This document shows, piece by piece, positions 6,593-16,922 of a stretch of 64,000 nucleotides of DNA; the first letter of the stretch is position 1; every line of letters starts with the position of its first letter. Source of the stretch: Hyphomicrobiales bacterium (lineage in GTDB: Bacteria > Pseudomonadota > Alphaproteobacteria > Rhizobiales > Hyphomicrobiaceae); NCBI GenBank assembly GCA_031406575.1, contig JANOHP010000015.1:25205-89204 (forward strand), in the 5' to 3' direction. Position numbers and translations under genes: made by a program. Under the pieces are notes generated by a model. It saw only the letters and a program-made list of their open reading frames with translations. It was not told where the DNA came from and ran no database searches.

Positions 6593-9562
6593 ATGACCCG
6601 CCGACCCGAAAATGAAGCGTTCGCCCAATCCTCGTTTCTACACGGCGCCAACACCGCCTACATCGAGCAGATGCAGGCGCAGTACGAGGAGAATGCAGGT
6701 TCGGTGACGGATGAATGGCGGCTGTTTTTTCAGGGGCTCAATGAAGAGGCGGGCCGCAATGGAGCTGAACGCCACAACCCGTCGACAGGTCCCTCGTGGG
6801 GCACTCCGCTCGACCAGTTGCAATCCAATGGCGAAATGACGTCCGCCTTGGCGGCCGACTTTGGCCCCAGCGAAGTGCGCGTGCGGGAGAGGTTGGCGTC
6901 GCGAGCGCAGGGGGCGGGTTACGAGCTGTCACCAGCGGCCGCGTACCGCGCGACCCAGGACAGCTTGCGCGCCCTCATGTTGATCCGCGCCTACCGCGTC
7001 ATGGGCCATTTGGTGGCCGATCTCGACCCGCTCGGGCTCGCGGAACGCAAATCACATCCCGAGTTGCGCGCGGAAACCTACGGCTTCACCGACGCCGATC
7101 TCGATCGGCCGATCTTCATCGACAAGGTTTTCGGCGGCATCGAGACAGCGACGATCCGCCAAATCCTGGCCATCCTTCGCCGCACGTACTGTCGCAAGAT
7201 CGGCGTCGAGTACATGCACATCACGAGCCCCGCACAGAAACGCTGGATTCAGGAGCGCATGGAGGGCGAGGCCAAGGACGTGCGCTTCACGCCCGAGGGC
7301 AAGCGCGCCATTCTCAATAAGCTCATCGAGTCGGAAGCGTTCGAGACATTCGCGGACGTCAAATACACGGGCACCAAGCGCTTCGGCCTCGACGGCGCTG
7401 AGGCGATGATCCCCGCACTCGAGCAGATCATCAAACGCGGCGGTCAGCTCGGTGTGAAGGAGATCGTCATCGGCATGGCGCATCGCGGGCGCCTCAATGT
7501 GCTCGCCAACGTCATGTCGAAGCCCATGCGCGCCATCTTCAACGAGTTCAAGGGCGGCTCGTTCAAGCCCGACGACGTCGAGGGCTCGGGCGACGTGAAG
7601 TATCATCTGGGCGCCTCGTCGGATCGCGAGTTCGACGGCAACAGGGTGCACTTGTCGCTGACGGCCAACCCGTCGCATCTGGAGATCGTCGATCCGGTGG
7701 TTCTGGGCAAAGTGCGCGCCAAGCAGGATCAGCTCAAATGCCAAGCGGGCGAGCGCACGCCGGTGTTGCCGCTGCTGATCCACGGTGACGCGGCCTTTGC
7801 CGGTCAGGGCGTGGTGGCCGAGTGCTTCGGGTTGTCTGGCTTGAAGGGCCATCGCACCGGCGGGTCGATCCACTTCATCATCAACAATCAGATCGGCTTT
7901 ACGACCAATCCGAGGCTGTCGCGATCCTCGCCCTACTGTTCCGATGTGGCCAAGATGGTCGAGGCCCCGATCTTTCACGTCAACGGTGACAGTCCCGAAG
8001 CCGTCGTTCACGTCGCCAAGATCGCGATGGAGTTTCGACAGCGCTTCCAGAAGCCCGTCGTCGTCGACATGTTCTGCTATCGCCGCTATGGCCACAACGA
8101 GTCCGATGAGCCGGCATTCACGCAGCCCGCGATGTATCGCAAGATCAAGTCGCATGCGTCGGTCGTGACGCTCTATGGCCGGCAGCTCGTCGACGAAAAC
8201 GTGGTGTCGAGCGAAGGCTTCGACGACATGCGCGCAACCGTGCGGGCACATCTCGACGTGGAACTGAAAGCGTCCGACAGCTACAAGCCCAACAAGGCCG
8301 ATTGGCTGGATGGGCGCTGGGCGGGTGTCGGCCAAGCGCAGGACGACGATCGGCGCGGCGATACGGGCGTGCCGCTCGACGTGCTCAAAGAGGTGGGACG
8401 GCGCCTGACGACGATCCCGCAGGATTTCGCCGCGCACCGCACCATCGACCGTCTGCTGGCCCGTCGCCGCGAAATGATCGAGACCGCAGAAGGCCTCGAC
8501 TGGTCGATGGCCGAGCACTTGGCGTTCGGCACACTGGTGAAGGAAGGCGATCCGGTCCGGCTGTCGGGCCAAGACGTGGAGCGCGGTACGTTCTCACAAC
8601 GCCACTCCGTGCTCATCGATCAGCAGAGCGAGCGCCGCTATACGCCATTGAAGTACGTGTCGCCCGATCAGGGTCGCTTCGAGGTCATCAATTCGATGCT
8701 GTCGGAGGAAGCCGTGCTCGGGTTCGAGTATGGCTATTCGCTGGCGGAACCCAATGCGCTCGTCATGTGGGAAGCCCAATTCGGTGATTTCGCCAACGGC
8801 GCGCAGGTGGTGTTCGATCAATTCCTGTCGTCGGGCGAGCGCAAGTGGCTGCGCATGTCGGGCCTCGTGTGCCTGCTGCCGCACGGCTACGAAGGGCAGG
8901 GCCCCGAACATTCCTCCGCCCGTCTCGAACGTTTCCTGCAGATGAGCGCGGAGGACAACTGGCAGGTCGCCAACTGCACGACGCCGGCGAACTACTTCCA
9001 CATTCTGCGACGGCAGTTGCGTCGCAACTTCCGCAAGCCGCTCATCCTGATGACGCCGAAGTCTCTGCTGCGCCACAAGCGCGTCGTCTCGCGGCTCGAC
9101 GAGATGGCGACCGGCACCACGTTCCATCGCATCCTGTGGGACGACGCACAATCCAAGCCCGGTGAAGCCATCCAGTTGAAGCCCGATGCGGACATCCGCC
9201 GTGTCGTGCTGTGCTCGGGCAAGGTCTACTACGACCTCTACGAGGGGCGCGAGGCGGCCGGCGTCGATGACGTCTATCTGATGCGGGTGGAGCAGCTCTA
9301 CCCGGTGCCGGCGCGTGCGCTGATTGCCGAACTGGGCCGTTTCCCCAACGCCGAAGTGGTCTGGGCGCAAGAAGAGCCGCGCAACATGGGGTCGTGGTCC
9401 TTCATCGAAGGGGCGCTCGAGTGGGTTCTGGGGCATTTGTTCGTGAAGGCGAAGCGGGCCCGCTTTATCGGGCGCGCCTCGTCGGCAGCAACGGCCACTG
9501 GTCTGGCGTCACGACATGCGGCCGAGCAGAAGTCGATTGTCGAACAGGTGCTGGCGAAGTGA
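6593..9562 (+). CDS. sucA: 2-oxoglutarate dehydrogenase E1 component
   Basis: 989 aa with N-terminal SFLHGANTAYIEQMQAQYEEN and E1o motifs throughout. Start at ATG 6593 (M29 of the track ORF). Confidence 0.92.
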   Translation: MTRRPENEAFAQSSFLHGANTAYIEQMQAQYEENAGSVTDEWRLFFQGLNEEAGRNGAERHNPSTGPSWGTPLDQLQSNGEMTSALAADFGPSEVRVRERLASRAQGAGYELSPAAAYRATQDSLRALMLIRAYRVMGHLVADLDPLGLAERKSHPELRAETYGFTDADLDRPIFIDKVFGGIETATIRQILAILRRTYCRKIGVEYMHITSPAQKRWIQERMEGEAKDVRFTPEGKRAILNKLIESEAFETFADVKYTGTKRFGLDGAEAMIPALEQIIKRGGQLGVKEIVIGMAHRGRLNVLANVMSKPMRAIFNEFKGGSFKPDDVEGSGDVKYHLGASSDREFDGNRVHLSLTANPSHLEIVDPVVLGKVRAKQDQLKCQAGERTPVLPLLIHGDAAFAGQGVVAECFGLSGLKGHRTGGSIHFIINNQIGFTTNPRLSRSSPYCSDVAKMVEAPIFHVNGDSPEAVVHVAKIAMEFRQRFQKPVVVDMFCYRRYGHNESDEPAFTQPAMYRKIKSHASVVTLYGRQLVDENVVSSEGFDDMRATVRAHLDVELKASDSYKPNKADWLDGRWAGVGQAQDDDRRGDTGVPLDVLKEVGRRLTTIPQDFAAHRTIDRLLARRREMIETAEGLDWSMAEHLAFGTLVKEGDPVRLSGQDVERGTFSQRHSVLIDQQSERRYTPLKYVSPDQGRFEVINSMLSEEAVLGFEYGYSLAEPNALVMWEAQFGDFANGAQVVFDQFLSSGERKWLRMSGLVCLLPHGYEGQGPEHSSARLERFLQMSAEDNWQVANCTTPANYFHILRRQLRRNFRKPLILMTPKSLLRHKRVVSRLDEMATGTTFHRILWDDAQSKPGEAIQLKPDADIRRVVLCSGKVYYDLYEGREAAGVDDVYLMRVEQLYPVPARALIAELGRFPNAEVVWAQEEPRNMGSWSFIEGALEWVLGHLFVKAKRARFIGRASSAATATGLASRHAAEQKSIVEQVLAK

Positions 9563-9684
9563 GCTGTGAACTTTGGGTGCCAAATTGCCCATTCGTGCGT
9601 TAGCTGAGTTTGAGGTGAGTTGAAGTGGCCGGTGAAAACCGCCGGCACGGCGACAGGCCGACGTCACGACCCGCGAGGATTTGA

Positions 9685-10944
9685 ATGGCTATCGAAATCA
9701 AAGTACCCGCACTCGGGGAATCCGTCACCGAGGCGACGGTCGGAAAGTGGTTGAAGCAGGCGGGTGACGCGGTGACCGCCGACGAGCCGTTGGTCGAGCT
9801 CGAGACGGACAAGGTCGCGATCGAGGTGCCGGCGCCGGCTTCGGGCGTACTGGGCGAAATCGTGGTTGCGGAAGGGGAGACGGTCTCCATCGGCACGGTG
9901 CTGGGCTTGATCAAAGAGGGGGCTGCGGCCCCGACCAAGCCTGCCACCGCGAAGGCGCCGGCCGCGCCTGCGCCCGCACCGCCGAGCAAAGCAGCGGCGG
10001 CCTCGGGTGCGGCGATGCCACCTGCTCCAGCGGCCCGAAAAATCCTGGAAGAAAAAGGTATTCCCGCCAGCGACGTTGCAGGCTCCGGGCGACGCGGACA
10101 AGTATTGAAGGAGGATGCGGCGACGGCCCAGCCGTCGGCTGCAAAGCCCGCGGCGCCTGCGCCTTCACCTGCCGCCTATGCACCGCCGCCAAGTGTTCCT
10201 GCTGCGATGCCTGCCGTGCGTGCTCCGTCGGCGCTGAACGATGCCTCGCGCGAAGAGCGCGTGCGCATGACGCGGTTGCGCCAGACGATCGCGCGCCGTC
10301 TCAAGGATGCGCAGAACACCGCCGCCATGCTGACCACGTTCAACGACGTGGACATGGGCGCGGTCATGAAAGTGCGCACTGAGTACAAGGATTTGTTCGA
10401 GAAGCGCCACGGCGTGCGCCTGGGCTTCATGGGCTTTTTCGTGAAAGCGTGTCTGACCGCGCTGCGCGAGATTCCCGCCGTCAATGCGGAGATCGACGGC
10501 GCCGATATCATCTACAAGAATTACTACCACATGGGCGTCGCCGTCGGCACGGAGAAGGGTCTCGTCGTGCCCGTCGTGCGTGAGGCTGACCGGCTGACGC
10601 TGGCCGAGATCGAGGGCCGCATCAACGATTTTGGTCGCCGCGCCCGGGACGGCAAGCTCGGCATCGAGGAGATGCAGGGGGGCACCTTCACGATCACCAA
10701 CGGCGGCGTCTACGGCTCTCTCATGTCGACGCCGATTCTCAACGCGCCACAGTCGGGCATTCTCGGCATGCACCGCATCGAGGAGCGACCCGTGGTGCGC
10801 GGCGGCCAAGTCGTCGTGCGGCCGATGATGTATCTGGCGCTCAGCTACGATCACCGCATCGTCGACGGAAAAGAAGCCGTGACGTTTCTGGTGCGCGTGA
10901 AGGAGTGCCTCGAAGACCCGCAGCGGTTTCTGCTGGATTTGTGA
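9685..10944 (+). CDS. sucB: dihydrolipoyllysine-residue succinyltransferase E2
   Basis: Lipoyl domain [14 protein letters not shown], an Ala/Pro linker, and the catalytic [10 protein letters not shown]. Confidence 0.92.
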   Translation: MAIEIKVPALGESVTEATVGKWLKQAGDAVTADEPLVELETDKVAIEVPAPASGVLGEIVVAEGETVSIGTVLGLIKEGAAAPTKPATAKAPAAPAPAPPSKAAAASGAAMPPAPAARKILEEKGIPASDVAGSGRRGQVLKEDAATAQPSAAKPAAPAPSPAAYAPPPSVPAAMPAVRAPSALNDASREERVRMTRLRQTIARRLKDAQNTAAMLTTFNDVDMGAVMKVRTEYKDLFEKRHGVRLGFMGFFVKACLTALREIPAVNAEIDGADIIYKNYYHMGVAVGTEKGLVVPVVREADRLTLAEIEGRINDFGRRARDGKLGIEEMQGGTFTITNGGVYGSLMSTPILNAPQSGILGMHRIEERPVVRGGQVVVRPMMYLALSYDHRIVDGKEAVTFLVRVKECLEDPQRFLLDL

Positions 10945-10981
10945 GAGGCGTGAGCGAACAAGGATCGGCGGACTCACCTCG

Positions 10982-11458
10982 ATGGATCGGTTGGCGTGGT
11001 TTGGTCCGTTGCGGTTTCCAGTGTTGATCGCGTTTCTCTGGATGCTGGGGCCGACGGTGTTCCTGGGGCATTCACTGTGGGGGCTGTTGCGACGGCATCG
11101 GTTGCGGATGCGGGGCGTGCCCGTGGAGGCCGTGATTACCGCCGTCAACGTGTTCAGCGCGATCGACAGCGTCGACGAAGCCATGGTCGTTGATCTCGAA
11201 CTCAGTTACGACGTGAACGGTCGGAGCTACGCTCATCGCGAAACGCGATCGGACCATCACAAGAAAAATTACGAGGCGGGTGGCGGCATCGAACTGCTCT
11301 ATGAACGCGGCAATCCCGGCAACGTGATGGATGCAGAGCGACGGCCTTGGGACGATGTGATTGGCCCCGTGGTACTCAGTGTTTTGTTGTTCGTGTTCGT
11401 GGGATGGTTGTGGGTGTTTCTGTCCGGATTGAGTTGGCGGCTGGGGTCGCCAGGGTAG
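10982..11458 (+). CDS. membrane protein, DUF3592-like
   Basis: A TM segment, a soluble beta-like region (...YDVNGRSYAH...IELLYERGNPGNV), then a second TM segment. It lies between sucB and lpdA. Confidence 0.5.
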   Translation: MDRLAWFGPLRFPVLIAFLWMLGPTVFLGHSLWGLLRRHRLRMRGVPVEAVITAVNVFSAIDSVDEAMVVDLELSYDVNGRSYAHRETRSDHHKKNYEAGGGIELLYERGNPGNVMDAERRPWDDVIGPVVLSVLLFVFVGWLWVFLSGLSWRLGSPG

Positions 11459-11484
11459 ATGCAGTGCGCTGTTAGGAAAGAACG

Positions 11485-12891
11485 ATGTCCAACACCTACG
11501 ATCTCGTCGTCATCGGCACGGGCCCCGGCGGGTACGTGTGCGCCATTCGCGCCGCGCAACTGGGCATGAAGGTGGCCGTCGTCGAGAAACGCAGCACACA
11601 CGGCGGCACCTGCCTGAACGTGGGCTGCATTCCCTCCAAGGCGCTGCTGCACGCGAGTGAGCTTTATGCCGACGCCGTGCATTCGTTCGCCGGTATGGGG
11701 ATCAAGGTGCGGCCGGAGTTGGATCTGGCGCAGATGCAGGTCTTCAAGGACGAGGGTGTCGCCGGCAATGTGCAGGGTGTGACGTTCCTGCTGAAGAAGA
11801 ACAAGATCGACGCGTTCCATGGGCTCGGACGCATCGCGGGTGCGGGTCAGGTGGAGGTGACGCTGGCGACTGGTGGGACGCAGGCGCTCTCGGCCAAGAA
11901 CATCGTCATCGCCACGGGGTCGGACGTGGCGCGGCTCCCCGGCATCGAGATCGACGAGCTGACGGTGCTGTCATCCACGGGCGCGCTGACGTTGCCAGTC
12001 GTGCCGCAACGCCTGCTGATCGTGGGCGCGGGTGTCATCGGGCTCGAGTTGGGATCGGTGTGGCGGCGGCTCGGCGCGGAGGTCGTCGTCGTCGAATATC
12101 TCGATCGCATTCTGCCGGGCATGGATCTCGACGTGGCGAAGTCTTTCCAGCGCATTCTCCAGAAGCAGGGCTTCACCTTCAAGCTCTCGTCCAAGGTGAC
12201 CAAGGTCGAAAAGACGCCGCCGCAAGGGCAGGCCGTGACGATCGAGCCAGCAGCCGGTGGCGCGGCGGAAACGATCGAAACCGATATCGTGCTGGTGGCC
12301 GTCGGGAGGGTGCCGTTGACGGACGGATTGGGTTTGGCCGAAGCCGGTGTCACGCTCGATAAGCGCGGACGCGTCGAGGTGGACGCGCATTGGCGCACGA
12401 ACATCGAAGGCATCTATGCCATCGGCGATGTCATCAACGGCCCCATGCTGGCCCACAAAGCCGAAGACGAGGGCGTGGCGCTGGCCGAGACACTGGCGGG
12501 GCAGGCGGGGCACGTGAACTACGGCGTCATCCCGAGCGTCATCTATACAGCTCCCGAGGTCGCCTCTGTAGGGCAGACTGAAGAAGAGCTGACAACCGCC
12601 GGCATCGCCTATCGGGTCGGCAAGTTCGGCTTCATCGCCAACGGTCGCGCCAAGGTCAACAAGTCGACGGACGGGTTCGTGAAGGTGCTGGCGGACGCCG
12701 CGACAGATCGCGTGCTGGGTGTGCACATCATCGGCCCGCACGCGGGCGAATTGATCGCGGAGGCCGCTGTGCTGATGGAATTCGGCGGCTCAGCCGAAGA
12801 CTTGGCGCGCACGTGCCATGCCCATCCGACACTGGCCGAGGCCGTCAAAGAAGCAGCCATGGCTGTCGATAAGCGGGCGATTCATATGTGA
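11485..12891 (+). CDS. lpdA: dihydrolipoyl dehydrogenase E3
   Basis: GTGPGGYVCAIRAAQLGMKVAVVEK, the redox disulfide GGTCLNVGCIPSKALL, and C-terminal HAHPTLAE. Confidence 0.92.
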   Translation: MSNTYDLVVIGTGPGGYVCAIRAAQLGMKVAVVEKRSTHGGTCLNVGCIPSKALLHASELYADAVHSFAGMGIKVRPELDLAQMQVFKDEGVAGNVQGVTFLLKKNKIDAFHGLGRIAGAGQVEVTLATGGTQALSAKNIVIATGSDVARLPGIEIDELTVLSSTGALTLPVVPQRLLIVGAGVIGLELGSVWRRLGAEVVVVEYLDRILPGMDLDVAKSFQRILQKQGFTFKLSSKVTKVEKTPPQGQAVTIEPAAGGAAETIETDIVLVAVGRVPLTDGLGLAEAGVTLDKRGRVEVDAHWRTNIEGIYAIGDVINGPMLAHKAEDEGVALAETLAGQAGHVNYGVIPSVIYTAPEVASVGQTEEELTTAGIAYRVGKFGFIANGRAKVNKSTDGFVKVLADAATDRVLGVHIIGPHAGELIAEAAVLMEFGGSAEDLARTCHAHPTLAEAVKEAAMAVDKRAIHM

Positions 12892-12945
12892 GGGGTGGAG
12901 CCCTCGTGTTGGTTCACTACTTGCCGGCGACCATTTTTTTGTGGT

Positions 12946-13045
12946 TCCCCGGACGAAGCATGGGCCCGTAGGGACCATGTGTAGATCCGGGGTTTTTCCC
13001 GGTTCAGTTTGTACTGCACCGGGTAAAGGTCCCGGAAGGGCGAGC
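12946..13045. repeat. REP-like nested palindromes in a convergent intergenic gap
   Basis: Outer stem CCCCGGA...TCCGGGG encloses CATGGGCCC-GTA-GGGACCATG. It is followed by CCGGG-GTTTTT-CCCGG and CCGGG-TAAAGGT-CCCGG. Confidence 0.45.
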
Positions 13046-13097
13046 CACGGGCGCGGCCTCCGGGAAACCGAAGAATTGAATGGTCCTGGCGAGACCC

Positions 13098-14261
13098 TCA
13101 AGCAACCGCATCGATCAACCCACCCGCTCTCGCCAGTTCGCGCAAATGATGATCGGCGTTGCCGAAGGCGAGGTCGAGCATGGTGAGGCGTTTGAAGTAG
13201 TGGCTGGCTTTGTATTCCAGCGTCATGCCGATGCCACCGTGAAGCTGCACGGCGTCCTGGCCGATGTGGCGGCCCGAGCGGCCGATCTGCACTTTGACGG
13301 CGTGCATGGCGCGGCGGCGCTCGGTGATGTTCTCCTCCTCGGCCATCATCGTCGCGAAGTAGACCATGCTGCGGGATTGCTCGAGGTGGGTGAACATGTC
13401 TACGGAGCGATGTTGCAGCACCTGAAAGTTGCCGATGGGCTGGCCGAACTGCTTTCGCGTCTTGAGATACTCGACGGTGGCGGTGTGCAGCACATCCATG
13501 CAGCCGACCGCTTCGGAGGCTTGAAAGGCGATGGCTTCGTCGACGGTGTGCTCTAGGGCAGCAAGGCCCTTGGTCGGCAGGCCCAAAACGTCGTCGGCGG
13601 CAACCTTGACGCTTGAAAACGAAATGTCGGCGGCGCGCTGGCCGTCTTGCGTGGGATAGCCGCGTCGCGAGACGCCGGCCGATTTGCCATCGACAAGGAA
13701 TAGGCCGATGCCGTCCTTGGCCCGGCGATCTCCCGAGACGCGCGCCGTGACGATGAGTGTGTCGGCGCTGTCGCCGTAGAGGACGACGCATTTTTCGCCT
13801 TCGAGAACGAAGCCGGTGTTGCCATCGGACTTGGCGGTCACACCCACATCGAACAGATCGAAACGCGATTGCTTTTCCTGGTGGGCGAGCGCGAAGGTCG
13901 TCTTGCCTTCGACGAGGCTCGGCACCAGGCGCGCGCGTTGCTCCGCGCTGGCGGCGTGGCGAAGAATGCCGCCGGCCAGGACGACTGTCGGAAAGTACGG
14001 CTCGAGCGCCAGCGTGCGCCCGACGGCCTCGCCGACAATCATCATCTCGACGGGGCCTTGGCCGAGCCCACCGTCCTCTTCGGAAAATGGAATGGCGAGC
14101 AGCCCCTGGTCGGCCAGTTCTTTCCAGACGGCTTCGCTGTAGCCCTTCGGTTCTTTCATCAGGGCCGCGCGAGTCTTGACGACGTCGGGGTAGCGACGGG
14201 CGAGTAGGCCGTTGACGCTGTCGGAGAGCAACCGCTGGTCGTCTGAGAGATCGAGATCCAT
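13098..14261 (-). CDS. acyl-CoA dehydrogenase family protein (possible non-catalytic partner subunit)
   Basis: MDLDLSDDQRLLSDSV..., an ACAD fold throughout. Start at ATG 14261 (M49 of the track ORF; the upstream part reads through a REP). The C-terminal region FGNADHHLRELAR lacks the usual GGTxEI Glu in my by-eye alignment. Confidence 0.8.
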   Translation of the reverse strand: MDLDLSDDQRLLSDSVNGLLARRYPDVVKTRAALMKEPKGYSEAVWKELADQGLLAIPFSEEDGGLGQGPVEMMIVGEAVGRTLALEPYFPTVVLAGGILRHAASAEQRARLVPSLVEGKTTFALAHQEKQSRFDLFDVGVTAKSDGNTGFVLEGEKCVVLYGDSADTLIVTARVSGDRRAKDGIGLFLVDGKSAGVSRRGYPTQDGQRAADISFSSVKVAADDVLGLPTKGLAALEHTVDEAIAFQASEAVGCMDVLHTATVEYLKTRKQFGQPIGNFQVLQHRSVDMFTHLEQSRSMVYFATMMAEEENITERRRAMHAVKVQIGRSGRHIGQDAVQLHGGIGMTLEYKASHYFKRLTMLDLAFGNADHHLRELARAGGLIDAVA

Positions 14262-14299
14262 AGGGGAATTCCTGGTCCGTGGGTCGGGGTCGCCGAGAG

Positions 14300-14345
14300 G
14301 TGTCGTGGGTACCCGCTTTCGCGGGCATGACGTCGAGGGTGGGGG
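14300..14345. repeat. REP unit, copy 1 (PAFAGMT-type)
   Basis: GTGTCGTGGGTACCCGCTTTCGCGGGCATGACGTCGAGGGTGGGGG contains the hairpin CCCGC-TTTC-GCGGG. It closely matches 57416-57460. Confidence 0.7.
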
Positions 14346-14422
14346 ACGGACTGCGGTGGCTAACTCGACTGGGTTGCTCGCGGGTTCCGGCGCAATTCGA
14401 GTCACCGCATCCGGCCCGTCCC

Positions 14423-15628
14423 TCAGAACCCCAGAACGGCCTTGGCGATGATGTTGCGTTGGATTTCGTTGGTGCCGCCGTAGATCGACACCTTGCGGTT
14501 GTTGAAGTAGCCGGGCGCCGTGGGCGTGGCCCAGTCGAGCCCGACGGGGGGCTCGTTGTGGCCAATGTCGGGGTCCTGTGGATCGTAGGGGAGCGCCAGG
14601 GGCCCCGCAATTTCCATCAGCAGTTCAGTTGTGAGTTGCTGCAACTCGCTGCCTTTGATCTTGAGGATCGACGAGGCAGGATTGGGCTTGCCGCCGCGAC
14701 CCTGGCCCCGCTCTTGGGAGATGACGCGCAACTGAGTCATCTCGAGTGCCTTCAATTCGACCTCGACGGCGGCGACCTTCTCGCGGAAGCGTTCGTCATC
14801 GCCCAGTGAGCCGTCGCCCGACGGCACGAGGCGTGCGAGTTCCTTGATGCGTGCGATGCGCATTTTCGACGTGCCCACGCGGGCGATGCCGGTGCGCTCG
14901 TTGCCGAGGAGAAACTTGGCGCAGTCCCAGCCGCGGTTCTCCTCGCCGACGAGGTTTTCGACGGGGACTTTGACGTTGTCGAAGAACACTTCGTTGACTT
15001 CGGTGCGGCCTTCCATGGTGACGATCGGCCGAACTTCGATGCCGGGCGTCTTCATGTCGATCATGATGTAAGAAATGCCCAGCTGCTTCTTGGCGCCGGG
15101 ATCGGTGCGCACGAGGCAGAAGATCCAGTCGGCGTACTGGGCGAGCGTCGTCCAGATTTTCTGACCGTTGACGATGTAGTGGTCGCCCTGGCGGACGGCG
15201 GTCGTGGAGAGCGAAGCCAGATCCGATCCCGAGCCCGGCTCCGAGAAGCCCTGGCACCACCAGTCGTCGCAGGCGGCGATGCGGGGAAGGTGGTGGGCTT
15301 TCTGCTTTTCGGTGCCGATCTGGATGAGCACGGGGCCATGCATCGTCACGTTGAAGCCGACCGGAGGCGGCACGCCGGCGATCTGCATTTCCTCGCCGAA
15401 TATGTAGAACTGGATCGAGGTCCAATCCTTGCCACCCCACTGGGTCGACCAGCCCGGCACGGCCCAGCCCTTGGCGTGCAGGCGTTTGTGGGCGGCGACG
15501 ATGTCGTCCTTCGTCAATTCGCGGCCTTCGATGACTTTGCGGCGGATGGGCAGAGGGATCTCGTTTTGGAAGAACGAGCGCACTTCGGCGCGGAAGGCGT
15601 TTTCTTCGGGGCTGAAGCGCAAGTCCAT
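14423..15628 (-). CDS. acyl-CoA dehydrogenase
   Basis: 401 aa, MDLRFSPEENAFRAEVRSFF..., C-terminal IYGGTNEIQRNIIAKAVLGF with the catalytic-Glu motif. Confidence 0.88.
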   Translation of the reverse strand: MDLRFSPEENAFRAEVRSFFQNEIPLPIRRKVIEGRELTKDDIVAAHKRLHAKGWAVPGWSTQWGGKDWTSIQFYIFGEEMQIAGVPPPVGFNVTMHGPVLIQIGTEKQKAHHLPRIAACDDWWCQGFSEPGSGSDLASLSTTAVRQGDHYIVNGQKIWTTLAQYADWIFCLVRTDPGAKKQLGISYIMIDMKTPGIEVRPIVTMEGRTEVNEVFFDNVKVPVENLVGEENRGWDCAKFLLGNERTGIARVGTSKMRIARIKELARLVPSGDGSLGDDERFREKVAAVEVELKALEMTQLRVISQERGQGRGGKPNPASSILKIKGSELQQLTTELLMEIAGPLALPYDPQDPDIGHNEPPVGLDWATPTAPGYFNNRKVSIYGGTNEIQRNIIAKAVLGF

Positions 15629-16031
15629 TGGCGGTCTCCTCGGGTTATCGGGGCATTGAAGTGCAGCCCGGGGCGAAGTGCAATCGGGGAGTGGGGGGAG
15701 TAGGGAGTAGGGAGTTGGGCAAATTCAACGCTCGGCTTTCACGGACGACGATCGTATCGCGCCCTCCCCCTGTTTCCCGGACGTCGCGCCCGGGGCGCAG
15801 CGATTCGGGATCACGTGGGAGCACGGCATGGCTGGCGGTTCCAGCGCGCCGCTGCGCATGACCGCAGCGGCGCCAATTGAACCTCTCTTTCAGGCGGCGC
15901 GATCCCGGCTCTCGCATGCGCTCGGCCGGGAAACAGTGGGGAAGGCGACAAGCCCTTGCATCCCTAGGACGGGAACTGATCCGCCCCAAGCGGCAAGACG
16001 TGGTGGGTTGGTCGATCGCCTCGCGGACAAT

Positions 16032-16886
16032 TCAAGCCGCCAGCGTGCATTTTCCGTTGTTGATGACGGTGACGTCGCGTTCTTTCAGGCGGCAGCGGAA
16101 GGAGACCACTTTGCCGTCGATCCAGCAGTCCGTGATAATCGTTTCGCCGGGGTAGACGGGTGAGGAAAAGCGCACGTCGAAGCCGGTGATCTTCGTGTGA
16201 TCGTATTTGCAAACCTGGGTCAAAATCGCACGGCAGGCGGTGCCATAGGTGCACAGTCCATGCAGGATCGGCACCGGGAAGCCGACGCGCTTGGCGAGTT
16301 CGGGATCGGCGTGGAGCGGGTTCCTGTCGCCGTTCAAGCGGTAAAGCAGGGCTTGATCGATGCGGGTCTCGAGCGGAATGGAGATGTCGGGTTTGCGGTC
16401 GGGGATTTTGTGCGCCTCGAGGCCGGCGCCATTCGGTCCACCGAAGCCGCCGTCGCCGCGTGCGAAAGTCGTGGAAATCATCGTGTAGAGCGGTTTGTTG
16501 TCGGCAGCTGAGCGGACCGCGACCTCCGAATTGATGACGGCGCCCTTGCCGGCACCCTTATCGAAGGCGGAGATAACGCGGCTGTCGGCGATGACTTCGC
16601 CTTCCGGTTCGAGCGGACGGTGCAGAGTGAGGCGCTGCTCGCCGTGCACGACCTTGGTGTAGTCGTAGCCGCAGTCCTTGAGCAGCGGGATGCGGGTCAG
16701 CACCGTTGCGAGCGTGGGCACGGTCTTGAGCTTGGTCGCCTCGAAGGTGTAGGCGAGTTCGTTGGGATCATAGGGATCGCGCCCCATGCCCACGCCAACG
16801 GCGTAGAGCATGGTTTCGCGATCCGTATAGGTGAAGCGGTCGCCGGTACGCTTCAGAGACATGAGTTTTTCGTAGTTCAGGGCCAT
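16032..16886 (-). CDS. MaoC-like (R)-specific enoyl-CoA hydratase, double hot-dog
   Basis: MALNYEKLMSLKRTGDRFTYTDRETMLYAVGVGMG... and ...RLNGDRNPLHADPELAKRVGFPVPILHG (hydratase 2 motif). Start at ATG 16886. Confidence 0.85.
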   Translation of the reverse strand: MALNYEKLMSLKRTGDRFTYTDRETMLYAVGVGMGRDPYDPNELAYTFEATKLKTVPTLATVLTRIPLLKDCGYDYTKVVHGEQRLTLHRPLEPEGEVIADSRVISAFDKGAGKGAVINSEVAVRSAADNKPLYTMISTTFARGDGGFGGPNGAGLEAHKIPDRKPDISIPLETRIDQALLYRLNGDRNPLHADPELAKRVGFPVPILHGLCTYGTACRAILTQVCKYDHTKITGFDVRFSSPVYPGETIITDCWIDGKVVSFRCRLKERDVTVINNGKCTLAA

Positions 16887-16922
16887 GGGGGTGTTCCGTC
16901 GTGGGTGGTTGCGGGGGAAATT

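Noticed and set aside
9563-9684. Weak hairpin GCCGG-TGAAAAC-CGCCGGC between sucA and sucB as an attenuator/terminator
   Set aside because: The stem is only 5 bp with no U-tract, and sucA-sucB are normally co-transcribed.
12790-14610. 606-aa ORF on the minus strand, extremely Arg/Pro/Ser-rich
   Set aside because: It overlaps two well-supported acyl-CoA dehydrogenase genes in another frame and reads through a REP. Its composition is the typical shadow-ORF signature of high-GC DNA. The same applies to 7052..8572, 10165..11184, 21030..22667, 25084..26112, 32227..34065, 36283..37776, 58022..59581 and other long antisense or off-frame ORFs in the track.
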